This document shows positions 28,611 through 40,030 of a DNA stretch of 64,000 nt, piece after piece. The notes under the pieces were generated by a model. The model did not search any database. It was not told the DNA's origin and was given only the letters and a program-made list of their open reading frames with translations. How positions within the stretch are numbered: position 1 is the stretch's first letter; every line of letters begins with the position of its first letter. The stretch covers positions 1,540 through 65,539 of the forward strand of contig CACFYR010000002.1 in NCBI GenBank assembly GCA_902570505.1, written 5' to 3'. This DNA is from an uncultured Pelagibacteraceae bacterium (lineage in GTDB: Bacteria > Pseudomonadota > Alphaproteobacteria > Pelagibacterales > Pelagibacteraceae). A program made the translations under genes and the position numbers.

Positions 28611-29446
28611 TAATAATTCTCCTGTTTTTCAAATGAAACTAACTTTACAAAGGTTAATTGGCTTAAGTCTGAGAAAAACTCAATTTTGTCTTCATCTATA
28701 AATTCTCCTATTGGAATTCCAGATTTAAAAACTCCTCCCGCTCCAGAAGTATAAATTAATTTTTTTTGTGAAAAATTGTATTCTTTTTCAAAGTGTTGAA
28801 TTTTACCGAAATTTTTACCTGTTCCAGTCATAATTGACTGTATATCTCCAGGCTCAAGGATAACTGGTATTTTGCTGTTTAAATCAGATATCAATAACAC
28901 TCTTGAAGTTGCGTAATTTACTTCAACTATTTTACCAATCAAATAGGGACCATCCAAAACAGCCATACCTATTTTTAAATTATCTTTGCTACCTTTATTA
29001 ACTATAAGAGATTTTAAAAAAGGTGAATTTTTATCTAATAAAACTTTAGCAACAAGTTCATCTGAATTAATTATATATTCATCAATTAGTTTTCTTAATC
29101 TTTCGTTTTCAGATTGAAGATAGTTTAAATTGTAGTTTTTTCCCTTAAGTAATTTTAATTCATCTTGAAGGTTGTTATATTGGTCATATAATTTTAAATG
29201 TTTGTTTACAGCTACAAATGAGTTATTTATTTGTTTTTCAGGTAAAGATACAATGAAAGATATTCGATAAACAACTTCATTTAAACCTGATTTTAAATAA
29301 TTTATTGGAGTGAAATTAATTCTGCTCAGAAAAATCAAAATAATACAAAAACAAATTAGCACAATTAAAGAGAATCTCTGTTGATTCCCTTTTTTTAAAA
29401 AAACTGAACGAATAGCTATTATAAAATCATCTCTACTCGTAGCCAT
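28610..29446 (-). CDS. mreC: Rod shape-determining protein MreC
   Basis: TM, coiled coil (ENERLRKL), NKGSKD, TSGAGGVFKSGIPIG. Confidence 0.92.
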   Translation of the reverse strand: MATSRDDFIIAIRSVFLKKGNQQRFSLIVLICFCIILIFLSRINFTPINYLKSGLNEVVYRISFIVSLPEKQINNSFVAVNKHLKLYDQYNNLQDELKLLKGKNYNLNYLQSENERLRKLIDEYIINSDELVAKVLLDKNSPFLKSLIVNKGSKDNLKIGMAVLDGPYLIGKIVEVNYATSRVLLISDLNSKIPVILEPGDIQSIMTGTGKNFGKIQHFEKEYNFSQKKLIYTSGAGGVFKSGIPIGEFIDEDKIEFFSDLSQLTFVKLVSFEKQENY

Positions 29447-29454
29447 AATATTAA

Positions 29455-30486
29455 TTACTCAGATAATACGGTTGAAAAAATCTCCTCTTGATCCAATGCT
29501 TTTCCTGTACCAACAGCAACACATGCTAATGGGTCTTCTGCTATGTGGACAGGTAATCCAGTTTCTTTTGCAAATCTTTTATCAATATTTTTTAGTAAAG
29601 CTCCGCCACCTGTAAGTGTTAATCCCATATCAACTAAATCAGCAGATAATTCTGGAGGTGTGTTTTCAAGTGCATCTTTAATTCCATTAATCATTTCTTT
29701 TAAAATTGGATTTAAAGCTTCAGAAGTATCACGCTCTGTTATGTTTACTTCTTTTGGTGTGCCTGATCTTATATCTCTTCCTTTAACTGCATATTTATTC
29801 TCATTTGTTGGAATAGCTGTACCTACCTCTTTTTTAATTTTTTCAGCTGAACTATCTCCAATCATCAAATTATATTCTTTTCTCATATAATTTGCTAAAG
29901 AATGATCCATAGCATCACCTGCCACTCTTAGGGAATTTGAGTAAACTACACCACCTAAAGACATCACCGCAATTTCAGTCGTGCCACCTCCTATGTCAAC
30001 TACCATTGAGCCAGTTGCCTCAGAAATGGGTAATCCGGCTCCGATTGCAGCAGCAATAGGTTCTTCAATTAATTGAACACGTCTTGCTCCAGCTGCTAAA
30101 GCACTATCTTGAATAGCTTTTCTCTCAACAGGTGTTGAACCCGTTGGAACACAGATTAAAATTCTAGGATTTGCAAATGTGCTTCTTTTATGAACTTTTT
30201 TTATAAAATGTTTAATCATTTCTTCCGTAACTATGAAGTCAGCTATCACGCCATCTCTTAAAGGTCTTATTGCGCTTATATTTCCAGGCGTTCTTCCCAA
30301 CATTGTTTTAGCTTCATCACCAACTGCCAAAACAGATTTCTTACCCTTATTGTCAACTACTGCCACTACCGAAGGTTCATTTAAGACAACACCTTGTCCT
30401 TTTAGAACGACAAGTGTGTTAGCTGTGCCAAGATCGATAGCCATATCTTGGGACCATATTTTTGTTATTTTGTCAAACATACCCAT
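29455..30486 (-). CDS. mreB: Rod shape-determining protein MreB
   Basis: IDLGTANT, DIGGGTTE, TGGGALL. Confidence 0.97.
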   Translation of the reverse strand: MGMFDKITKIWSQDMAIDLGTANTLVVLKGQGVVLNEPSVVAVVDNKGKKSVLAVGDEAKTMLGRTPGNISAIRPLRDGVIADFIVTEEMIKHFIKKVHKRSTFANPRILICVPTGSTPVERKAIQDSALAAGARRVQLIEEPIAAAIGAGLPISEATGSMVVDIGGGTTEIAVMSLGGVVYSNSLRVAGDAMDHSLANYMRKEYNLMIGDSSAEKIKKEVGTAIPTNENKYAVKGRDIRSGTPKEVNITERDTSEALNPILKEMINGIKDALENTPPELSADLVDMGLTLTGGGALLKNIDKRFAKETGLPVHIAEDPLACVAVGTGKALDQEEIFSTVLSE

Positions 30487-30487
30487 A

Positions 30488-32059
30488 TTATATACCCCTT
30501 ACCTTTTGATGTTTTATTTGTTGTGATGGAGCTTTTTTCTCCCTTTTAATTAACATTTTATTTAAAGCAGCCAAATAAGCATTTGCTGAAGCTACTAATG
30601 TATCAGTGTCGGCTGATTGTCCAACTGTAGTTCTATCATTCTCCTCAATTTTTACACTTACCGTTGCTTGTGCATCTGTGCCTTCGGTGACAGCGTGAAC
30701 TTGATAAAGTAACAATTTCATATCATGAGGATATAATTCTTTTATACACTTAAATGTAGCATCAACAGGACCATCTCCTGTTTGTGTTGTACTTTTAATT
30801 TCACCAAAAACATCAAGAGTCATTTCAGCTTTTTGTGGTTCTCCGGTTCCAGCAAAAACTTTAAGTGATTTCAAATTAATAGCGTTTAATTTATTATCAA
30901 AAATTAAACTCTCATCTACTAAAGCTACTATGTCTTCATCATAAATATGTTTTTTTTTATCAGCTAATATTTTAAATTTACCAAATGCATTTTGAATTAC
31001 ATCGTCAGTCACATCGGTATAACCTAAATCATTTAATTTATCTTTAAATGCATGTCTTCCGGAATGTTTACCCATCACTAATGAGGTTTTTTTAACACCA
31101 ACACTCTCTGGTGTCATAATTTCATAAGTTTCTCTATTTTTTAACATCCCATCTTGATGTATTCCTGACTCATGAGCAAAAGCATTTTTTCCGACTATTG
31201 CTTTGTTGAACTGAACAGGAAAGCCTGTGGCGTTAGACACGATTTTAGAGGCTTTGCTAATAAGTTCTGTTTTTATTCCAGTCTCGTAAGGCATTAAATC
31301 ATTTCTTGTTTTAATTGCCATCACTATTTCTTCTAGTGCAGCATTTCCAGCTCTTTCACCAATTCCATTAATAGTGCATTCTATTTGTCTAACACCTGCA
31401 GATAAACCAGCAAGAGCATTTGCGACAGCTAAACCTAAATCATTATGACAATGAGCAGATATTATAGCCTTATCAATGTTTGGGACTTTATTTTTAATAT
31501 GATTAATTGTTTTAGCAAACTCTTCTGGAATTGAATAACCTACTGTATCAGGAATGTTAACAGTTGTTGCTCCACACTTTATTGCTAGTTCAATAGTTTT
31601 ACACATAAAGTCTAAGTCTGTTCTTGTACCATCTTCACACGACCACTCTACATCATCGGTAAATTTTCTGGCATATGTTACACTTTCTTTAATCGCATCT
31701 AAAACCTGATCTTTTGTCATATCTAATTTATGCTTCATGTGAACAGGGCTGGTAGAAATAAAAGTATGTATTCTAAATCTGCTTGCGTATTGTAATGACT
31801 CGTGGCATGCATCTATATCTTTTTTTAATGCCCTAGATAAACCGCAAGGGATTGAATTTTTTACAATTTTGCTTATTGCAGAAACTGCTTCAAAATCTCC
31901 AGGTGAAGATATTGGAAATCCTGCCTCAATAATATCAATACCCATTTCATCAAATACTCTAGAAATTTGAATTTTTTCTTCAACACTCATAGATGCTCCA
32001 GGAGATTGCTCTCCATCTCTCATAGTGGTGTCAAATATGTAAACTTTTTCTTTTGTCAT
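30488..32059 (-). CDS. leuA: 2-isopropylmalate synthase
   Basis: DTTMRDGEQSPG, HCHNDLG, GERAGN, HESGIHQDG; likely start MTKEK at 32059. Confidence 0.96.
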   Translation of the reverse strand: MTKEKVYIFDTTMRDGEQSPGASMSVEEKIQISRVFDEMGIDIIEAGFPISSPGDFEAVSAISKIVKNSIPCGLSRALKKDIDACHESLQYASRFRIHTFISTSPVHMKHKLDMTKDQVLDAIKESVTYARKFTDDVEWSCEDGTRTDLDFMCKTIELAIKCGATTVNIPDTVGYSIPEEFAKTINHIKNKVPNIDKAIISAHCHNDLGLAVANALAGLSAGVRQIECTINGIGERAGNAALEEIVMAIKTRNDLMPYETGIKTELISKASKIVSNATGFPVQFNKAIVGKNAFAHESGIHQDGMLKNRETYEIMTPESVGVKKTSLVMGKHSGRHAFKDKLNDLGYTDVTDDVIQNAFGKFKILADKKKHIYDEDIVALVDESLIFDNKLNAINLKSLKVFAGTGEPQKAEMTLDVFGEIKSTTQTGDGPVDATFKCIKELYPHDMKLLLYQVHAVTEGTDAQATVSVKIEENDRTTVGQSADTDTLVASANAYLAALNKMLIKREKKAPSQQIKHQKVRGI

Positions 32060-32073
32060 TTTAATTTTTATAG

Positions 32074-32108
32074 CTAGAGGAATATACATCCTCTAGTATA
32101 GATTGCAA
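32074..32108 (-). promoter_or_regulatory. Putative leuA promoter with an inverted repeat around the -10 box
   Basis: TTGCAA-N16-TATATT; CTAGAGGA (32074-32081) / TCCTCTAG (32089-32096) perfect 8-bp inverted repeat. Confidence 0.45.
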
Positions 32109-32139
32109 AAAAAAATATTATTTAGACTAAAGTTTATGC

Positions 32140-33171
<1,032 letters not shown>

Positions 33172-33174
33172 CTA

Positions 33175-33723
33175 TTATTTAAATACCTCAGATCCTCTTG
33201 TCATCGCTACTGCTCCTGTACGTGATATGCTAATTAAACCATATTTTTTTAAGCTTGTTGACATTTTATCAATTTCTCTTCTAAGCGCAGTCACTTGTAA
33301 TACACAAGATTTATTTGTTTCATCCAATATTACAGGATTGAACTTTTTACAAGCATTAATTGCTATTTTTAATTTCTTATTGTTTGTGACAAATTTAAAG
33401 AGTGCCATTTCTTTAAATATAACTTTTTTATCATCTCTTTTGAAACTTGCTACTTTATGAACTGGTACAAGTTTTTTTAACTGCAATTTTATTTGATCAA
33501 TTACTTCTGGGGTTCCAGTTGTAACTATTGTTACTCTGGAAATATTTAACTTAGAGTCTACTTCTGCTACTGCTAGTGACTCTATATTATATCCTCTTCC
33601 AGAAAAAAGACCTACCACTCTAGCAAGAACTCCAGCTTCATTATCAACCCATACCACGATAATATGAGTATCTAATTTACCTTTTTTACCCGCAACACTA
33701 TAGGCTGATTTTGATTTAGGCAT
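33175..33723 (-). CDS. ilvH: Acetolactate synthase small subunit
   Basis: VDNEAGVLARVVGLFSGRGYNIESL ACT domain. Confidence 0.93.
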   Translation of the reverse strand: MPKSKSAYSVAGKKGKLDTHIIVVWVDNEAGVLARVVGLFSGRGYNIESLAVAEVDSKLNISRVTIVTTGTPEVIDQIKLQLKKLVPVHKVASFKRDDKKVIFKEMALFKFVTNNKKLKIAINACKKFNPVILDETNKSCVLQVTALRREIDKMSTSLKKYGLISISRTGAVAMTRGSEVFK

Positions 33724-35489
33724 TAAACTAATGCTTTTCCTTTACCTGTAATTTTATTATCTTTTTCATCCTCAGGGCCTAAAATCATCTGATTATGAGG
33801 TTTTCCTGACGGTATCATAGGAAAGCAATTTTCCTGTTTATCAACTAAACAATCAAATATTACTGGCCTATCTGTATTTAACATTTCAATAATTTTATCA
33901 TCTAATTCATCTGGTGTTCTTGCTCTTATTCCAACACATCCATAAGCCTCTGCTAACTTAACAAAATCTGGCAATGCAGCTGTATAACTTTCTGAATAAT
34001 TTTTATCGTGTAATAATTCTTGCCACTGACGCACCATTCCCATGTATTCATTATTCAAAATAAATATTTTTATGGGTAGACCATATTGAACAGCGGTCGA
34101 CATCTCCTGCATCGTCATGAGTACTGAAGCCTCTCCAGCAATATCAATTACTAGTTTATTCGGATGAGCAATTTGAACTCCAACCGCTGCTGGCAATCCA
34201 TACCCCATAGTGCCTAAACCACCAGAAGTCATCCATCTATTTGGTTTATCAAATTTATAATGTTGTGCAGCCCACATTTGATGTTGACCAACCTCGGTAG
34301 TTATATAAGTATCCTTATTTTTTGTAAGCTCATATAATCTCTCTATTGCGTATTGTGGCTTAATTGAACTGTCGCTATTAATATAATTTAAGGACTTTTT
34401 TTGTCTCCATTTGTTAATTTTTTCCCACCATTTAGATGTATTATGATTATTTGATTTAACAAAATTTGGTTTCTTTTTTTTTATTGTTTTAATTATAGAT
34501 GTTAAAACTAGTTTAACATCCCCAACCAAAGGTAAATCAACCTTTACATTCTTATTTATAGACGAAGGATCAATATCAATATGAACTTTTTTTGAATTTG
34601 GCGAAAACTCATCTAATTTACCAGTTATTCTATCATCAAACCTAGCACCGATATTAATCATAAGATCACAGTCATGCATTGCATTATTTGCCTCATAAGT
34701 TCCATGCATTCCAAGCATTCCTAAAAATTGCTCGTCATCTCCTGGATAACACCCAAGACCTTGCAATGTAGAGGTAATTGGAAAACCAGTTAATCTAACT
34801 AATTCTTTAAGAAGTTCACTTGCTTTAGGTCCAGAATTTATTACACCTCCACCAGTATAAAATATTGGTTTTTTTGATTTACTCATTAAGTCTACAAGTT
34901 TATCAATCTCACTTTGATTGAAATATGAATAACTTTTACCATTTGTATTTTTTGACTTTTTAAATGGTGCATATTTGATTTTTTGAAACTGAATATCTTT
35001 AGGTATGTCTACTAAAACAGGGCCAGGTCTACCTGTTGTTGCGACTTCAAATGCTTTATGAATAGTTTTTTGCAAATCTTTAATATCTTTAACTAACCAA
35101 TTATGTTTGGTGCAAGGTCTTGTTATTCCTGTTGTATCACATTCTTGAAAAGCATCTGTTCCAATTAAATGAGTTGGCACTTGTCCAGATATACATACAA
35201 GTGGTATTGAGTCCATATAAGCATCGGTTAAAGCTGTAACAGCATTAGTTGCTCCAGGCCCTGAAGTTACTAAAACGATGCCGGGTTTACCGGACGATCT
35301 GGCGTAACCTTCAGCTGCATGACCAGCTCCTTGCTCATGTCTTACTAAAATATGTTTGATACTATTAAAATTTTTTAACTCGTCGTATATCGGTAATACT
35401 GCTCCTCCGGGGTAGCCAAAAATAAAATCTACATCTTGGTCTTGTAGACATTTAAATACGATTTCAGCACCTGTATATAATTTTGACAT
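33723..35489 (-). CDS. ilvI: Acetolactate synthase large subunit
   Basis: FGYPGGA, RHEQ, GQHQMW, GTMGYG, GMVRQWQ. Confidence 0.96.
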   Translation of the reverse strand: MSKLYTGAEIVFKCLQDQDVDFIFGYPGGAVLPIYDELKNFNSIKHILVRHEQGAGHAAEGYARSSGKPGIVLVTSGPGATNAVTALTDAYMDSIPLVCISGQVPTHLIGTDAFQECDTTGITRPCTKHNWLVKDIKDLQKTIHKAFEVATTGRPGPVLVDIPKDIQFQKIKYAPFKKSKNTNGKSYSYFNQSEIDKLVDLMSKSKKPIFYTGGGVINSGPKASELLKELVRLTGFPITSTLQGLGCYPGDDEQFLGMLGMHGTYEANNAMHDCDLMINIGARFDDRITGKLDEFSPNSKKVHIDIDPSSINKNVKVDLPLVGDVKLVLTSIIKTIKKKKPNFVKSNNHNTSKWWEKINKWRQKKSLNYINSDSSIKPQYAIERLYELTKNKDTYITTEVGQHQMWAAQHYKFDKPNRWMTSGGLGTMGYGLPAAVGVQIAHPNKLVIDIAGEASVLMTMQEMSTAVQYGLPIKIFILNNEYMGMVRQWQELLHDKNYSESYTAALPDFVKLAEAYGCVGIRARTPDELDDKIIEMLNTDRPVIFDCLVDKQENCFPMIPSGKPHNQMILGPEDEKDNKITGKGKALV

Positions 35490-35495
35490 TTTACC

Positions 35496-35525
35496 AATCT
35501 AGCTGAAGTTGTGCTTGTTGGTCAA
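35496..35525 (-). promoter_or_regulatory. Putative sigma70 promoter giving a leaderless ilvI mRNA
   Basis: TTGACC (35525-35520)-N18-TAGATT (35501-35496), then 6 nt to the ATG at 35489. Confidence 0.5.
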
Positions 35526-35535
35526 GTTTAACAGG

Positions 35536-36441
35536 CTAGTATTTAAATTTTTTTATATAATTTTTTGTCTCAATCTCAGATAGTCGAGTCCAATCCGACA
35601 TGTGACCTCTGGCCCAGGTAGCTTGCCTCTTCGCATATTGTCTTGTTTTTATTGATATTTTTTCTTTTAGCTCTATCAATCCATATTTTTTTGCTAGATA
35701 TTCATTAGTTTCGAAAATACCAATTATTTTATTGGAGCTTAGGTTTTTTTTGATTTTAAGCTTATTAAAATTTATCACTTCTTTAATTGAACGATTTCCA
35801 ATAATTTTTTGGCATCTGGCTTTAATTTTTTTTAAAATCTCTTCCCTAGGGATATCTAAATATATTTTAATAAATTGATCTTTTTCATAGTTACTTTTAG
35901 TTTTTTTAAACCAATCAAATAATGAAACACCTGAAAATTTTTTTACTTCGAATGCTCTTATTGATCTTTGTATATCCTCTGGATCTATACGGTTTTTGCA
36001 TTTTGGATCTAATTTTAAAAGTTCCTTGAAAAATTTTTTTTGACCAATTTTATTTTGATGGTTAATTATTCCTTTTCTAATTTTTTCTGGAACCTGAGGA
36101 ATTCTTGCTAAACCGTCTGTTAGAGATTTAAAATATAACCCTGTTCCACCAACTACAATAGGTATTTTTTTTCTATCTAATATATTTTTTATACTTTTAT
36201 TTGTTAATTTTAGCCAATGACCTGCTGAAAATGTTTTTTTGACTGAATGAAATCCGTATAAATGATGCTTAATTTTATTAGTTAATTTTTTATTAGGTCT
36301 TGTATTAAGAATTTTAATCTCTTTATAAATTTGCATGCTATCAGCATTAATAATTTCACCATTAATTTTTTTCGCTAATCTAACAGCAAATTGTGATTTT
36401 CCTGATGCAGTTGGGCCAGAGATTAAAATTATTTTGGACAT
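35536..36441 (-). CDS. miaA: tRNA dimethylallyltransferase
   Basis: GPTASGKS, INADSMQIY, VGGTGLY, TRQYAKRQ. Confidence 0.95.
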   Translation of the reverse strand: MSKIILISGPTASGKSQFAVRLAKKINGEIINADSMQIYKEIKILNTRPNKKLTNKIKHHLYGFHSVKKTFSAGHWLKLTNKSIKNILDRKKIPIVVGGTGLYFKSLTDGLARIPQVPEKIRKGIINHQNKIGQKKFFKELLKLDPKCKNRIDPEDIQRSIRAFEVKKFSGVSLFDWFKKTKSNYEKDQFIKIYLDIPREEILKKIKARCQKIIGNRSIKEVINFNKLKIKKNLSSNKIIGIFETNEYLAKKYGLIELKEKISIKTRQYAKRQATWARGHMSDWTRLSEIETKNYIKKFKY

Positions 36442-36453
36442 CCTGTCCTCTCA

Positions 36454-37863
36454 TTAATCCAATTGAACACCAATATATCGTTTTTGATTATTATTATTAA
36501 TTATCGCAATAAGTATATTTTTTTCAGTTTTTCTTTGAGCAATTTTGACCTGATTTTCTAAGTCTCCAATTGTTTTTATTTTCTTTTTTTGTGCCTCAAC
36601 AATTATATTGTTAATTTCCAAATAATCAGCTGGACTATCTTGGTCTATTTCAACTATTACTACTCCAGTTGTATTTAAAGATAGGTTTCTTTGTTCAATA
36701 TCCTCTTTCGTTAATAATCTCACTTTTAACTTTAATCCCTCTATATAGGATATTCTAGGAGGTTTTGGTTTCGTTTCCTGGGCTCTAAAATCATCTGAAG
36801 TTTCTAATCTTCCAAGAATAATTTCTTTTGTTAATTCTTTATTATTTCTCCAAATTTTTACTTTTACTTTTTTACCAACTGGTGTTTCTGCTACAATTAA
36901 TGGTAACTCTTTCATCTCATTAATCATTTTTCCATCAAATTCCAAAATTACATCTCCATCTTTTATCCCTCCTTTATCTGATGGGCTTCCTTTTGCTACA
37001 CTGGCAACTAACGCACCTCTAGGTTTATTCAACTTTAAACTTTTAGAAATTTCTTCTGTTACTATTTGAATTCTTACTCCTAACCAACCACGTTTTGTTT
37101 CCCCGAACTCAATAAGTTGGTCTATAACCTTTTGTGCACTATTTGATGGGATAGCAAAACCAATTCCTATTGATCCAGACTGTCCTAAAATAGCAGTATT
37201 AATTCCTATTACATCTCCGTCTAAATTAAATAAAGGACCTCCGGAATTTCCTTGATTAATCGATGCATCAGTTTGAATATAATCTTCATACCTCGACAAA
37301 CCTATACTTCTATTTCTTGCAGAGACGATTCCAGCTGTGACAGTTCCACCTAATCCAAATGGATTTCCTATTGCTATGACCCAATCTCCAATTCTTGCTT
37401 TATCAGAGTCGCCAAAATTAACTGGTATAAACTTATCCTCTGTATCAATTTTTAATACAGCAATATCTGAAAGTGGATCTGCTCCAATTATTGAAGCTTT
37501 ATAGTCTTTATCACCGTTGACTTTTATATAAATGTCGTCTGCACCTTTTATTACATGATTATTAGTAATCACTATACCGCTCTCATCAATTATAAATCCT
37601 GAGCCTAAGGCACTTGTTTGTCTCTCTTGCGGTGCACCTTCAAACATATCTTTAAATGGAGATCCTGGAGGAAATTGAAAAGGAAAAGGATTTGATTTAG
37701 TAGTAATTGTGGTTGTAGTTGAAATATTAACAACTGAAGGCATCAGTTTTTCTGCCAAATCTGCAAAAGATCCTGGTATATCTTTTGAAAATCCATAAGA
37801 AAAAACTCCAAAAGAAAAAATAACTACGAAAAAAATTCTATTAATATATTTCATAAGTTTCAA
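36454..37863 (-). CDS. degP: DegP/Do family periplasmic serine protease
   Basis: TNNHV, DIAV, QTDASINQGNSGGPL, two PDZ domains; start may be the ATG at 37854. Confidence 0.92.
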   Translation of the reverse strand: MKLMKYINRIFFVVIFSFGVFSYGFSKDIPGSFADLAEKLMPSVVNISTTTTITTKSNPFPFQFPPGSPFKDMFEGAPQERQTSALGSGFIIDESGIVITNNHVIKGADDIYIKVNGDKDYKASIIGADPLSDIAVLKIDTEDKFIPVNFGDSDKARIGDWVIAIGNPFGLGGTVTAGIVSARNRSIGLSRYEDYIQTDASINQGNSGGPLFNLDGDVIGINTAILGQSGSIGIGFAIPSNSAQKVIDQLIEFGETKRGWLGVRIQIVTEEISKSLKLNKPRGALVASVAKGSPSDKGGIKDGDVILEFDGKMINEMKELPLIVAETPVGKKVKVKIWRNNKELTKEIILGRLETSDDFRAQETKPKPPRISYIEGLKLKVRLLTKEDIEQRNLSLNTTGVVIVEIDQDSPADYLEINNIIVEAQKKKIKTIGDLENQVKIAQRKTEKNILIAIINNNNQKRYIGVQLD

Positions 37864-38045
37864 CTTTTAACTAACCAAACTATTAAAAACCCAATTGCTA
37901 AAAATATCAATCCTCCAGCTCTTAATTGACTATCTTTAATCTCATTAAGTTTTAATAACATATTTTTCATTTTTGATGGAAATAAGGCGTATAAAAACCC
38001 CTCTATAAATAAGAACAGACCAAAAGCTATGATCAATTCATTCAT
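37860..38045 (-). CDS. DUF2065 family small membrane protein
   Basis: FIEG..YALFP..MK, LRAGG; canonical position after hflC. Confidence 0.85.
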   Translation of the reverse strand: MNELIIAFGLFLFIEGFLYALFPSKMKNMLLKLNEIKDSQLRAGGLIFLAIGFLIVWLVKS

Positions 38046-38054
38046 AAGTAAATT

Positions 38055-38930
38055 TTATTGAGATTGAGTTTGAGCCTTTATATTTCCAAAAAATTTGAAA
38101 AATTCACTATCAGGCGACAATATTAATGAAGTCTCACCACCAATTAAAGCTGTCTCATACGCTTGCATAGCTCTATAAAAAGCAAAAAATTCAGGGTCTT
38201 GACCAAAAGCATCAGCAAAAATTTTATTTCTTTGACCGTCACCTTCACCTTTTAAAATTTGTGATTGTTTTTCTGCATCCGCGAGTATAACTGTTACTTC
38301 CTTGTCTGCAGTGGATGTAATTGTAATTGCCATTTCAGCTCCTTTTGCTCTAAATTCTTTAGCTTCTCTTTCCCTCTCAGTCTGCATCCTACGATAAATA
38401 GCATCGCTATTTGCTGGAGGCAGGTCAGCTCTTTTAATTCTTACATCTACAATTTGTATACCAAATTTTGCTGCTTCTGTGTTTACACCATCCTGAATAA
38501 GAGCCATTTGTTTAGTTCTTTCCTCTGATAATAAAGTTTGTAAACGCTGTGTACCAAGAACACTTCTTATTCTTGAATTGATTATTGTAGATAGCCTTGA
38601 TCTTGCTACTCTTTCATTACCAACCGAAATATAAAATTTTAATGGATCTACAATTTTAAATCTTGCAAAAGCGTCAACTATAAGTCTTTTTTGGTCTGAG
38701 GCAATTACTTCAGCTGGTGGTGCGTCTAGATTTAATATTCTTTTGTCTAAGAAAACAACATTTTGTATAAATGGTATTTTAAAATTTAAACCTGGTTTCA
38801 TCAGTATTCTTTTTGGATCACCAAATTGAAGAACTATTGCTTGATTAATTTCTTTAACTATAAAAATTGAAAAATAAAGAGTTGCAGCAATTAAAATGAT
38901 AACTGGTAATATTAATTTTCCTTTTTTCAT
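38055..38930 (-). CDS. hflC: FtsH modulator HflC
   Basis: SPFH domain, DVRIKRADLP, RMQTER, DPEFFAFYR. Confidence 0.95.
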   Translation of the reverse strand: MKKGKLILPVIILIAATLYFSIFIVKEINQAIVLQFGDPKRILMKPGLNFKIPFIQNVVFLDKRILNLDAPPAEVIASDQKRLIVDAFARFKIVDPLKFYISVGNERVARSRLSTIINSRIRSVLGTQRLQTLLSEERTKQMALIQDGVNTEAAKFGIQIVDVRIKRADLPPANSDAIYRRMQTEREREAKEFRAKGAEMAITITSTADKEVTVILADAEKQSQILKGEGDGQRNKIFADAFGQDPEFFAFYRAMQAYETALIGGETSLILSPDSEFFKFFGNIKAQTQSQ

Positions 38931-40030
38931 TAGTTAACCTGACTTTTTTTTAGTTCTGGCAACGGAAGATAAGGGACTACTCCTGAACCAGCATTTTTTT
39001 CTATAATTACTTTATCAATATCTGCTAATACTTTTTCCATAGTTTCTAAATACATTCTCTCTTGAGTAACTTGTTTTGCATTTTTGTACTCTAGAAATAT
39101 AGAAGTAAACCTACTTGCCTCACCTTCAGCTTTTGCAACAACTTCCTTCTTGTAAGCTTCTGCCGCTTGAAGTATTTTTGCTGCTTCACCTCTTGCCCTT
39201 GGAATTACGTCGTTTGCGTATGCTTCAGCCTCGTTTTTTGACCTTTCCATATCAGCTCTTGCTGCTTGTACATCCCTAAATGCGTCAATAACTTGATCTG
39301 GCGGGTCAGCTTTTTGAGTTTGAACCTGTGTTACTTGAATTCCTGATGTGTATTCATCTAAAATATTTTGAATTATTTCTTGGGTGTCAATTTCAATTTT
39401 AGACCTTCCCTCAGTTAAAATTGGTTGAATATCACTTCTTGCTATTACTTCCCTCATAGCTGTTTCTGCAGCAGCTTTTACTGTGCCTTGTGGGTCTTGA
39501 ATTTTAAACAAAAAATTTCCAGCATCTTTTATTACCCAGAAAACTGAAAAATCGATGTTTACTATATTTTCATCTCCAGTTAGCATTAAGCTCTCCTCCG
39601 GAACATCAGCGACACCTCCTCCGCTTGAAAAACCACTTTCTCTCTCAGATCTAAATCCAATGTCCATTCTATTAACTTTTGTGACTTTAGGCGTTAAAAC
39701 ACTCTCAACTGGAAAAGGTATATGATAATTCAATCCTGGTTGAGTTGTTTTTACAAATTTACCAAACCTTAAGACAACACCTTGTTCGTCAGGTAATACT
39801 CGATATAAACCACTTCCAATCCAAAGTAACGCTAAAATAACCAAACCAACAATTAAAGGTTTCGATCCTCCGGAGTTACCTGGAAGGAGTTTATTTATTG
39901 TATTTTGAAGTTTTTTTAAAATTTCATCTAAATTTGGTGGAGTTGGTCCTCTTCTAAAACCACCATTACCTCCACCTCCACCTCCAGGAGGGGGAGTACC
40001 CCACGGACTTTGATTTTTAAAATCGTTCAT
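38930..40030 (-). CDS. hflK: FtsH modulator HflK
   Basis: PWG and Gly-rich N-terminus, MLTGDENIV, AFRDVQAARAD, RMYLETME. Confidence 0.95.
   Translation of the reverse strand: MNDFKNQSPWGTPPPGGGGGGNGGFRRGPTPPNLDEILKKLQNTINKLLPGNSGGSKPLIVGLVILALLWIGSGLYRVLPDEQGVVLRFGKFVKTTQPGLNYHIPFPVESVLTPKVTKVNRMDIGFRSERESGFSSGGGVADVPEESLMLTGDENIVNIDFSVFWVIKDAGNFLFKIQDPQGTVKAAAETAMREVIARSDIQPILTEGRSKIEIDTQEIIQNILDEYTSGIQVTQVQTQKADPPDQVIDAFRDVQAARADMERSKNEAEAYANDVIPRARGEAAKILQAAEAYKKEVVAKAEGEASRFTSIFLEYKNAKQVTQERMYLETMEKVLADIDKVIIEKNAGSGVVPYLPLPELKKSQVN

Noticed and set aside
39965-40000. CCTCCA tandem repeats
   Set aside because: They encode the normal Gly/Pro-rich N-terminus of HflK.
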